From Octopus bimaculoides (taxonomy: Eukaryota): 64,000 bases of DNA. The notes under the pieces are model-generated. The model was not told the origin of the DNA. It saw only the letters and a list, made by a program, of their open reading frames with translations, and made no database searches. Shown here piece after piece: positions 53,410 to 64,000 of the stretch (position 1 is its first letter; every line of letters starts with the position of its first letter). The position numbers and the translations under genes were made by a program. The DNA lies in the NCBI RefSeq assembly GCF_001194135.2, contig NC_068983.1:53734759-53798758 (forward strand), given 5' to 3'.

Positions 53410-54322
53410 TCATACATATATATATATATTATATATATATAGATACACACACACACACATCTCTCTCTATATATATATGTCTGTATGTGTATCTTTTATA
53501 TTTTACTTGTTTCAGTCATTAGACTGTGACCATGCTGGAGCACCACCTTGAAGAATTTTTAGTCAAATGAATCAACCCCAGTACTTATTTTTTCTATAAG
53601 ACTGATACTTATTTTATTGGCTTCTTTTGCCAAACTGCTAAGTTATGGTGATGTAAACAAACCAACACCAATTGTCAACTGGTGCTGGGGGACAAATACA
53701 AGCATAATGACACACACACACACACACACACACACATGCAATGTGTTTCTTTCAGCTTCCATCTTCCAAGTTCACTCACAAAGCTTTGGTTGGTCTGCAG
53801 CATTAGTAGAAGACATTTGCCTAAGGTGCCACACATGCAGCAGGACTGAACCCAGAACCATGTGGTTGAGAAGCAAGCTTATTACCACACAGCCACTGTA
53901 GCACGCTTCCCAAACTTTAAAGCATTAGTTACCAAAGCATTCCCCAAGACAGATTTCCTTATAAATTCCATCCCTGCTATCATATATAAATAAACCTCTT
54001 ACATTAAACTGGTTCTAACCAATGAGTGTTTAACTGGTAAATAAACATCTATGAGGAAGTGCATATGCAGTTATTGACCACTGCAGGTCATTCCTCTCTT
54101 TGAAATTGTTTCATACTGTTTGAAAAGTGAACAAAAAAGATTTACAGGATGTAATTTTCAATACAGGACCACCATAGTTCCTGTGCGAATTGAAGTGCCT
54201 TTTTTTTTTTCTTTTGCAGAACTCTGCAATAAAATGGAAAAGTGATCGTCATCTCAGCTTTTCAATATTAAAGGTCTAAATTTTGTGGCTGAGCCTCATG
54301 AGTTAAATCTGGCCAGCCTGAT

Positions 54323-54357
<35 letters not shown>

Positions 54358-54529
54358 CAGACCATATAGAGTTGTTTTCCTTCCCACCAGTGATGTAGGT
54401 TTTTACTATGTTTGTAATTGATGGTGCTGCAGGCTCCAGACTGAAGACAGCTAAAGAAATGTAGTAATCCTATCATTGACACAGAAACTTGAAGTCTTGT
54501 ATGTGAGTCTCCATAACTGTATCATCCAG

Positions 54530-54720
54530 TGTATATGTGGCTGACCCCTAAGGGTGGATGTTACTGTTACTTTTAGCCCCAGGAGAACATCTCCTCCAGC
54601 TGGCTATCGACATACATCTGTGTCCTGTCTGTATTTGCAAAGGGAAGTCATCCTTCCCATCTTGATCTGCGATACATACGGACTCAAGTTTCTGGGTAGT
54701 TTCCTGTCCTCAGCATACTG
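54530..54720 (-). repeat. Diverged partial copy of the family 3 hammerhead repeat
   Basis: Homologous to 55390-55581; core CUGAGGA...GAAAC-UUGA-GUC at 54675-54719. Confidence 0.7.
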
Positions 54721-55536
54721 ACTTTTAATGAATCATAGATTACATAGCAAAAACAAAAATACAGTGTTAAAAAAATATCCATCCAAGTGAAAGTTATAAG
54801 ACAACAAAACAAAATAAGCAAAACTAATGAAAAAAATTAACTGGAAACTAATATATATAATTAGAGAATAGACATCAATATGTATTCATATTTCTATGCT
54901 CCTGTGAAATGTTTTTGTAAAAATGTTTCATAGGATTGTAACCAAAACATCTTGCATACTATTTCTGGTTATTTTACATTCTTGCAGCGCTGTTTGCAAA
55001 TATTCATATATCACCTTTCAAATATATTTATTCTTTCCTATTTAAAATAATACAAACTTACCTCACTTTCTTTCCTGGGGTTTCAAGTTTCTTTTCATTG
55101 TGATATTCAGCAGTGTTTGTTATGAATACCCACGGTTAAATGGAGCGTGAGATTATTAATTGTCAAATTGCTGTGGCAATTATTATGCAAATAGGGTGTA
55201 TGCTTGTCAGTGTGAAAAGAGTTTCAACGAAAAATTCTATCCAGAACAACAACACAAATTTATGCATACATACCTACATAGAAGATATATACTATATATG
55301 CTGATATACATATATATATATGCTATATTAAATTTCTAAGCGAGAGGTAAACAGTAACAGTATGGAATTGTAAAATATATTTGCCAACTAAATGTGGCAG
55401 CCCCGTAGAGGACGATGTTACTGTTGTTATTAGCTCCAGAAAGACATCTCCTCCAGCTGGCTAACAACACACTGTCTGTGTCCCATTAGTATTTGCAAGG
55501 AGAGGTTATCACTCCCATCTCTAGCCTTACGTGATA

Positions 55537-55581
55537 CGCATGGACCCGGGTTTCTGGGTAGTTACCCATCTTCAGTGTGTG
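55537..55581 (-). ncRNA. Minimal type I hammerhead motif, unit 1
   Basis: cacaca-CUGAAGA-UGGGU(AACU)ACCCA-GAAAC-CCGG-GUC-caugcg; palindrome ACCCGGGU; helix I damaged. Confidence 0.68.
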
Positions 55582-55889
55582 ATAGTCACCAGCTAGTGAT
55601 GAAAACTCATTCCACTCGCAAAATACTATATGCTTTTTCTAGCGACAAATTGTCGCTGATCTTGAAAAAGGAGAAATAATCTATATTAAATCTCTGAGCA
55701 AGAGGTAAACAGTAACAGTACGGAATCGTAAATTGTATTTGCCAACTAAATGTGGCGGTCCCATAGAAGACAATGTTACTGTTGTTTTTAGCTCAAGGAA
55801 GACATCTCCAGCTGGCTGATGACACTGTCTGTGTCTGATTAGTATTTGCGAGGGAAGGTCATCGCTCCCATCTCTAGCCTTATGTGATA

Positions 55890-55934
55890 CACACAGAGCC
55901 GGGTTTCTGGGTAGTTACCCATCTTCAGTGTGTG
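55890..55934 (-). ncRNA. Minimal type I hammerhead motif, unit 2
   Basis: CACACA-CUGAAGA-UGGGU(AACU)ACCCA-GAAAC-CCGG-CUC-UGUGUG; perfect 6-bp helix I, C at 16.2. Confidence 0.68.
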
Positions 55935-55966
55935 ATAGTCACCAGCTAGTGATGAAAACTCATTCC

Positions 55967-57725
55967 GTGGAGGGCATGCCTGAGAGGGCCACCACAAATT
56001 GTAGTGGTCCCAGTACAGTTCTCTGTGGGACTCCGCTGAGAATTGGTGTCTCTTCAGAGTTAGCACCATTGGCTACAGCTGTCTGACTCCTGCCCTTCAG
56101 AAAGTCATTCAGCCACTCTCCCAGTTTCCCAGTAATACCAAGGTTTTGCAGCTTGTGACGTATCATGCCATGATCAACCTTGTCAAAGGCTTTGGCAAAG
56201 TCGATGTATATCACGTCAACAGCTGACTGGTTTAGCTATTGTTTCAGAACCCAGTCAAAGTGCTACAGCATCTGTATAAGGCAGCTTATCCCTGGACAGA
56301 AGCCATGTTGTATGTTTGTGAGAAGTTTGTTTTCTTCTAGGAATGTGATCATCCTTTCTCTTACAATGCGTTCCATTGTCTTGCTAACATGTGAGATCAG
56401 AGAGGTGGGCCTGTAGTTTTTAGCATCTGCTCTGCTCCCTCCTTTATGGAAAGGGCATATTATACCCTCTTTTAGCATGTTGGGAAGTTTACCACATGCA
56501 AGGAAACTCTGCAAGAGCCTTTTTACAAGTGTTTAAGAGAACAGCCAGGAGTCCATCTGGGCCTGTTGCTGAGTTTAATCTCATCTCATCAATAGCCAAT
56601 ATTACATCCTCTTCTGTTATGTTGATGTAATCAATGGTTGCCTATTTTCCAAATAGATTTGTTACATTGAAAAACTCTTCAGGCTTGTTTATTTGCATAT
56701 TTTCCAGTGGAGAAGTAAAATCACTTCAGAATTGTTTATTTTGTGCTTCACTTATCTTCCCCAGGTCTGCAGTTAGTGAGCCACTTTTACCAAATAGTGG
56801 TCCTATGTTATAGTGTACTGAGGCAAACTCCTTTGTCAATGTTTAGAAACTTTAGGATTTCTTTTATATTTTTGACTGCCCAGATTTCTCTTTCTTCTCT
56901 TCCTTTTTCATGGGAGATTTTGAGATTATTTTCAATCTCAAAGAGTTCTTCTGTCAGGTGGAAATTCAGTCATTGAGATGTTTGTTTAAACAATTCGAGA
57001 TCTTTATTCTCTGCTGCATGAGTATTCTCCTGTGTCGAGGAATGATGTTTTTGTGTGTATTGGCTCTCTTCTCTGGGACATATTTAATGCATATGGCTCG
57101 CATTATTGACATGAATTTATTGAGTTTCATATCTATGTCTTGCATAGAGAAGCTTTTACGCCAGTCCTGTTGGAGTATCTGTTTTTCCAGTGACTTCCAG
57201 TCAGCCTCACAGAAATTTAGGCTGGATAGGGTTTGAGTGCCATCTGTGCAGAGTTTATCTTCAGTTAATTCCAAGCCATATATTGTCAGTTCTATCATGT
57301 TATAGTCTGAGAATATTGTCTGTGATATATTTACATTGTGGATGATTTCCACATTGTTTGTAAAACAGAAGTCCAGGATATTTTTGTGCCTGGTTGGAGA
57401 GAGTATGATCTGCTCCATGAATAGCATTTTCATAAGATCAAATAAAGACTCTGCTTGATTTCGCTCTTTGTGTGTCATTCCTAGGGTTATGTTGCCCTCA
57501 AGCCACCTGATGTTGGGGACTTGAAGTCACCCATCAGGAGTATAGTAGTATGTTGATCCAATTGTGTTAGTACTTCCTTTATCGCACTGAGGCTTTCCTC
57601 AAATTTTCCATCATGATTTGAGGCAACAGGTGGGTGATATAGTGTGCATATCACTATATCAAGTTGCTTTAGATGAACTACGAGTGAGTCACACACCAAG
57701 TTTGAGTTTGGAAGCAGGGTTAATG
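55967..57725 (-). mobile_element. CR1/L2-group LINE, endonuclease end to RT, decayed
   Basis: IYIDFAKAFDKVDHG, SGVPQRTVLGP, NYRPTSLISH, ICTLYHPP, LLMGDF motifs. Confidence 0.88.
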
Positions 57726-57749
57726 GTGTGACATCTTCGCAGATATATA

Positions 57750-59343
57750 TTAGGTGGAGCGAAAAATGCAACTTTCAAAATTGGTAACCAAGAATCGATA
57801 TTTTGATGCAAATTAAGGTTAAAAGAAAGGTGTATAAAGAACTTTGTGGTTAAGTATATTTTTCAGGCTCTGCAATGCAATTTTTCTAAATTGCTATTTT
57901 TGGTCGAATTTTGGCTTTCATGGATTATAAGTCGTAACGATTAATATTTCTACGTAGCTGAAGGCAAAACATTAAATATATTATCCATAAAAGGTTGCAT
58001 ACCAAGTTTCAATATAAATGACTAATATCTTGAGGTTCTGCATTGACAACAAAGAGAATGGGAGTGTGAACTTCTCTCCAGTGCCGCTGCAATGGTCGTT
58101 GTGTGTGGACGTATGTCATACATGTGTGAAGTTTTCTGCTTTGCACCTTGACTTTAGGCCATTGTATTAAAATTAACGATCGTGTTAAATTTAGTGTTCT
58201 TTACATTTAGTGATGACTCACAAGCAAATAACGTGTCATGATATTGAATGCCCGGCATTTGGTACTGCATGTGATTTTAGCGAGCGAGTTTTGCCAACTT
58301 ACAAGGACGTACTAAAATGTGTTTTATTTGAATGAGAAAAAGAAAAGAATGTAGTTAAGAAAGATCCTTCAATTAAGCAAATTGTCAAGATTGTAGCAGA
58401 AAAGATAATTCTTCTTTGGCAAAAGGTATTCTTCCTTTGTGTTACAATTGAGTCAATTAAACCGAAAATCTTAAACCAAGAATTACTAAAATCTGTGAAA
58501 AATAGAAAAAAATGTGCCATCGTTTCAAACAAAGGGTAATGTGTTTAAAAAACAATGCAACAAAAGATTTATTTGACATTTCTTGTTGCAAGTGCAACTC
58601 CTTTAAAAGCTGCAGTTGTAGTGGAGACAAAAATGTAGCAGAGAGAGAAGAAAATTTTTTACAGGATCAACAGACAAATTGAAAAAATGATCATTGGCAG
58701 AATAGATCAAGCGGTATCTGAAGAGAGCATTAAGAGGTTGATTAGAGAGAATCGGCCAGATTACAGTCACCCTTCTATGTCAGCAAAGGTAAATTTAAGA
58801 TTTTCAGTTTAACTGACTCAGTCATAGCACAAGGGATGGATGCCTTTTTCCAAAGAAGAATTATCTTTTCTGCTACAATCTTGACAATTTGTTTAATTTA
58901 TTTTAATATATGTGTAATCTAGACCTCATGTAACACATATATTTGGAAGCCATCTCATATGCAACACATATATAAAGAAAACAAAGTTGCAAAGTCTATT
59001 TATGTCACATAATTTCGAAATTTTAAGTATGTTGCGGAGCCTGAAGATATAAATTTTAGAGCTTGAGATTTTAACACGCTTATTTTTCAAAGATTTTGCA
59101 AAAGAAAATTAATTCGTAATAATGAATGTAAAAATAAAATGAGGAATGGCAAACGAGTTATAAATTGATTTTTTTTTGCTCATTATTCAAAATTTCAAGT
59201 TGGCTGCGGAGCCTGAAGATGTAGATTTAAGAACTTCAGATTTTAACACAATTGTTTTTTTAAGATTTCGCAATAGAAAATAGATTCTTAAAACCATATT
59301 TTGAAAATCTGTGTAAAATGTACATTTTTTGCTCCACCCTAAT
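57750..59343. mobile_element. About 1.6-kb TIR DNA transposon relic, superfamily uncertain
   Basis: Ends TTAGGTGGAGCGAAAAATGCA / TGTACATTTTTTGCTCCACCCTAA; internal decayed LFDISCCKC-type peptide. Confidence 0.6.
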
Positions 59344-59614
59344 ATACATACACACATGTATGAAAATCTCAAGAGCTTTACAAAATTTGCCAATGTCTTA
59401 ATAAATTATGTTAATTGTATGCAGTGTTGTTATAGGTTAAGTTCTATTTAAACAAAGACAGATAAATGTACTTATTTTCCTTTTACTGGCTTCAATCATT
59501 AAGTCCTTCACATAACTTATTTTATTGTCATTTTCAGGGATGCAAGATAATGTCAACATCGAAGTAAACAAACATAAACTGGGTGGTAATAAACACCATG
59601 GAGTAACAAGAATG

Positions 59615-60140
59615 TGCCTGGCTAAGTGGTTAGGGTATTTAGCTCACAATCATAGGGTTGTGAGTTTGAAACCCAGCTGCATATTGTGACCTTGGGCAAG
59701 ACACTTTATTTTGCATTGCTCCTGACCACTCAGCTGACAAAAACGAGTTGTACCTGTATTTCAAAGCGCCATCCTTGTCACATTCTGTGTGTCTGAGAAC
59801 TACATTAACCCTTTTGTTACCATATTTCTGTTGAGATATTCTGAGTTTCTTTCAATTAATTTTAAATAACAAAGAATTTTGTAAAATAACTTACTTATCA
59901 TTAAACTGGTGTTAGGAACATAAATTGTGACTAGGGTTTGCTGGAAGATTTTAATTCAGAACCTTTGAAAATAAGACATTTGTACTACAGAGCCAGAGGT
60001 GGTTTCAAGTAGGTTGATATCAAAAGGGTTAAGGGTACACATGTTTGGGGAGTGCTCAGCCACTTGCACATTATTTTCATGAGCCGGTTATTTTGTTGGT
60101 TGGATCAGTTGGAACCCTCATCGTCATAACCGATCGAGCG
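59615..60140 (+). mobile_element. SINE family C (diverged) interrupted by a piggyBac-type MITE
   Basis: Collinear with 36973-37355 on both sides of the insert. Confidence 0.7.
59809..60028. mobile_element. piggyBac-type MITE
   Basis: TTAA TSD at 59805-59808 and 60029-60032; CCCTTTTG / CAAAAGGG ends. Confidence 0.82.
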
Positions 60141-60426
60141 CCAGCTGTGGTATCAGCCCACTCTGATACACATTCCCTAATGCTGGACATTGTTACAAAG
60201 TGGCAAGCTGACAGAATTGTTACTGCACAGCACAAAATTCTTAATGGAATTTGAACTCAGAATGTAATGATCTGGAGGAAATACCCATGGGGCTTATGTA
60301 ATGAGATAACACTGCATTAGACCAGAAGCTTAGGCAAAAGTTTATAAACTCTCTTGCTTCAAGTGCTAGGGTCATGATAAACGCTGAAGTCCTTCAAGCA
60401 GATAGGTTTCTTTTTTTCTTGTTTAA

Positions 60427-60650
60427 CCCTTTAGCATTTAAACAGGCCATATCCAGCCAAAATATTCTCTCTGTTTTATGTTCAATCTGGCCATATCCAA
60501 CCTCTCGCACCTGCCTTACAATGTTAGCCTAAAAAATATACAGCCACATAATCGAAATCTCAAGGCTACAAGTTGATGCAGGATAAATTCAAAACAATGT
60601 AAATAAGTTAATATTACTACATTTTATTGAGTAATCTGAATGCTAAAGGG
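60427..60650. mobile_element. Intact piggyBac-type MITE (second family)
   Basis: Perfect TIR CCCTTTAGCATT / AATGCTAAAGGG, TTAA both sides; partial copies near 28910 and 40865. Confidence 0.85.
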
Positions 60651-62350
60651 TTAATAGGAATTCAAGCAGGTGCTTTTTATGTGACACCAGCACAAAAGCT
60701 TTTTATGTGGCACACACACACACACACACTCACAGGCATACACATAACATAGAATAAAACAGGAGAGATTGTTTATAAGATATTTAGTTACACTATCCTA
60801 CACACATTTCATTAACAAAAAATAATTATTGGTGACATAACCAAAAGGCATTGTCAAATCCTTAGAGACTTGTAAACTATATGTAACATTACTTGATTCT
60901 TGAATTCTTTTCTACTCTAGGCACAAGGCCCGAAATGTTTGGAGAGGGGGCCCAGTCAATTAGATCGATCCCAGTATGCGACTGATACTTGATTTATTGA
61001 GCCAGGCAGGATGAAAGGCAAAGTCAACCTCAGCAGAATTTGAACTCAGAACGTAAAGACAGACAAAATACTGCTAAGCATTTCGCCAGGCATGCTAATG
61101 TTTCTGCCAGCTCGCCGCCTTAATTGATTCTTGAATTGTTGATGGAGGTAGTCAGTATAGATATAATATTTGTGTGTATACATACATACATACATACATA
61201 CATACATACATACAGACATACATATGGATGTGTATGTATGCATATACACACAAACACAAATGATTTATATTTATATATTATTTCTATGTTGACAACAATA
61301 AAAAACAATATGTGCAAATGAAGGGAATGAGTCAGTGCAGGAAAAAGTGCTGAGAGCAATGAAAAATTAAAGTTTGTGGGAGTAAGAAAATGTATCTAAA
61401 GAATAAATTCAGTAGACCATGAACAATAAAAATCTACAGAGAATGAAGACAAGAAATCATAATAGGTGTGACGTGTATTAAAGTGTCACAACCAAATGTA
61501 TGTTCTATAAAACATACTTTTATACAAATGCATCATCATCATCGTTTAACGTCTGCTTTCCATGCTGGCATGGGTTGAACGGTTTGACTGAGGACTGGCA
61601 AGCCAGGAGGCTGTACCAGGCTCTAATCTGATCTGGCATTGTTTCTACAGCTGGATGCCCTTCAATACAGGCACAGATAGGGCTGTGTGGTAAGAAGTTT
61701 GCTTGTTTCCTGATACATTTGTTCAGCATTCAACCCCACTGTGTGGTATCTCAGGCAAATGTCTTCTGCTAGAGCCCTGGGCTAAACAAAACCATGCGAG
61801 TATATTTGGAAACTGAAAGATTATTGAATATGTGTGCATGTATGTGTGTGTATACACACACATATTAATATCAACTGTGACAGACTAGTGTCTCGTGTAA
61901 GAGGGAATATACCTGCCACAGAAACCATGAAACTAACCCCATGAGCCTCTATGATGCAAGAATTCTTCATATTTATCAACATAGTGGTGTACTAGGGCAG
62001 CAAGCTGGAAGAATCATTAGCATGCCGGGTGAAATGCTTAGCGGTATTTCATCTGTCTTTACGTTCTGAGTTCAAATTCTGCCGAGGTCAACTTTGCCTT
62101 TCATCCTTTCGGGGACAATAAATTAAGTACCAGTTGCATACTGAGGTTGATCTAATCAACTGGCCCCCTCTCGAAGACACTAGTCTGTCACAGAGTTACT
62201 CATTTTTCCAGCTGTGTGGACTGGAGCACCATGGATGAAGTGTTTTGCTCAAAAACACAATGCCTCACCTGACCCAGTAATCAAAACTGCATTCATGAGT
62301 CCAACACCTTGACCACTAACCTATGTGCCTCCAAACTCAACAACATCGAA

Positions 62351-62408
<58 letters not shown>

Positions 62409-62722
62409 ATATAGATTTAATCAAAAGATTAAAAGTGGTACTTAAAATGTTTGAGGCACCAGAACTTGGTAGGGTAAAACCAAAAACAAAATGAAGAGAT
62501 TTGGTGAATAAAATTTGAAGAAAAGCAACAAAAATTCAATAGGTTATAGCAGTACGTATGTTTCGTACAAGCTCCATTTATTCATGTAGTGAGAACACTA
62601 CATAGAATGTACAATGAAAATGATGACACAGACATATATACATATATATGTATGTATATATACAATAATACATGCATATATACATATATGTATATATGTA
62701 TATATATGTATGTATATACATA

Positions 62723-62803
<81 letters not shown>

Positions 62804-63149
62804 ATTTATATACATAAGGATAAGATGTATATATGTGTGTATATATATGTGTGTGTGTGTGTAAATAACAAATGAAGACAGAAGATGGAATATACGAGAT
62901 TATATTAATAATCACAACAGTTGTTTCGACACCTTGAGCATCATCTCAAAACAATGAAATAATTCATCAAAGTCTCAAAGTGATGAGATAATTTTCAATT
63001 AATTCAAAACGATGTGAATAAATAAGAATTACATTTGGTGGAGTAACCTGAAAGCTAAAGATTTTATGGTGTAAAATGTATGCTTATGGAACAAATATTT
63101 TATCATCTCCCACAAAACTCTCATAGCTATAATTCAGAAGAGACTTTTG

Positions 63150-64000
63150 GAATCATATCAGATGGTTTATATCCTGAGTGACACACATCTCAGGTAACAT
63201 AGACCATACCACAAAGGAGAAGGTTTCATAATATACATAATTTATGCATCCACAAGATTAATATACATGACTCGTGCATCAGTACATGGATGTCATACAA
63301 ACAAGATTCATTAACTAATTGGAGATGACACCTCATTAGATATACAAGTTTTCAAAATAAAACCTGCAAGACAAAACCTATCAATAAACACACATGTACA
63401 TGTGTACACACACACACACACTGACAATACCAACCATCTTATCAGACAACACACCCAAATTAAAACATTTTGTCACTTTCCCAAATATTATGCTTAGAGA
63501 AGACTATAAATACATGCAATGCATCCTGTTTTTACAAATTTGGAAGTACAGAGATTTCATAAGTGTCACACACACACACACACATGCACACACACACACA
63601 CACACACATGTACACACACACACACACACACACACCTCACCATGGCAACTTCAATAACTCCCTTGTGTTCCATGCCAGTGTGCAACAAACACTTGGTAAG
63701 AAGTCCCCCAACTCCCTCAGTCCACTAACTGATTATCATAATTTATGCACCCACATCAATGTAGATCTTAAAATCACTTTTACAAAATTGAAAGCAAAAA
63801 AAGAAATAAAAATAAAAAAAGGCCAGTGGAACAAGTTTCATCAAGAAATGAAGTTAAAGTTTTCAGAATTAAATGACAGCACAACCAACAACATACACAG
63901 AGCAGTCCATACTTTCAATGAGATAATTATAGACATATTTGTAAAACATTCTCCATATGGCATTTATTAAAACCGCAATTATATATAAGGCTAATTCCGC
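63150..64000 (+). mobile_element. Probable old LINE (endonuclease-RT linker) fragment running off the window
   Basis: LTDYHNL...GQWNKFHQEM...FNEIII pattern resembles LINE linkers; interrupted by (CA)n. Confidence 0.45.

Larger units (their letters stand above)
55323..55966 (-). repeat. Direct tandem repeat (about 353-358 nt period), each unit carrying a hammerhead motif (family 3)
   Basis: 55323-55613 aligns with 55681-55966; no ORF. Confidence 0.9.

Noticed and set aside
54435-54465. Plus-strand CTGAAGA...GAAATGTA
   Set aside because: There is no helix I or II pairing, so it is likely chance.
62895-62945. Minus-strand GATGA...GAAAC-AACT-GTT motif
   Set aside because: The core lacks CU and there is no helix I.

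Overview
AT-rich, microsatellite- and TE-dense animal genomic DNA with several N gaps. The SINE, RTE and MITE repertoire is consistent with an octopus assembly (inference). One protein-coding gene is supported: an SLC5 sodium:solute symporter of the SMCT/NIS/SMVT subfamily on the minus strand. Its first 8 coding exons (30478->1540; 360/66/52/68/155/141/130/89 nt) all have GT-AG junctions and join in one open frame of about 353 aa. The 3' exons lie left of the window, and a non-coding upstream exon is implied but not located. The rest is SINEs, decayed LINEs (RTE, R4/Dong-like, CR1-like), DNA transposon relics (Tc1, DD37D mariner, hAT, MULE) and MITEs. The most notable signal, missed by the ORF track, is a set of minimal type I hammerhead-ribozyme motifs in three unrelated repeat families: (1) a 353-nt-period tandem repeat at 55.3-56.0 kb that resembles a non-autonomous retrozyme or Penelope pLTR, with a covarying third copy; (2) a near-perfect solo hammerhead at 41.87-41.92 kb; (3) a Penelope GIY-YIG element whose terminal repeat joins a tRNA-like Pol III head to a hammerhead, inserted about 30 nt from an SLC5 splice acceptor. 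All structures were folded by eye; ribozyme activity is untested. Most TE coordinates are approximate.
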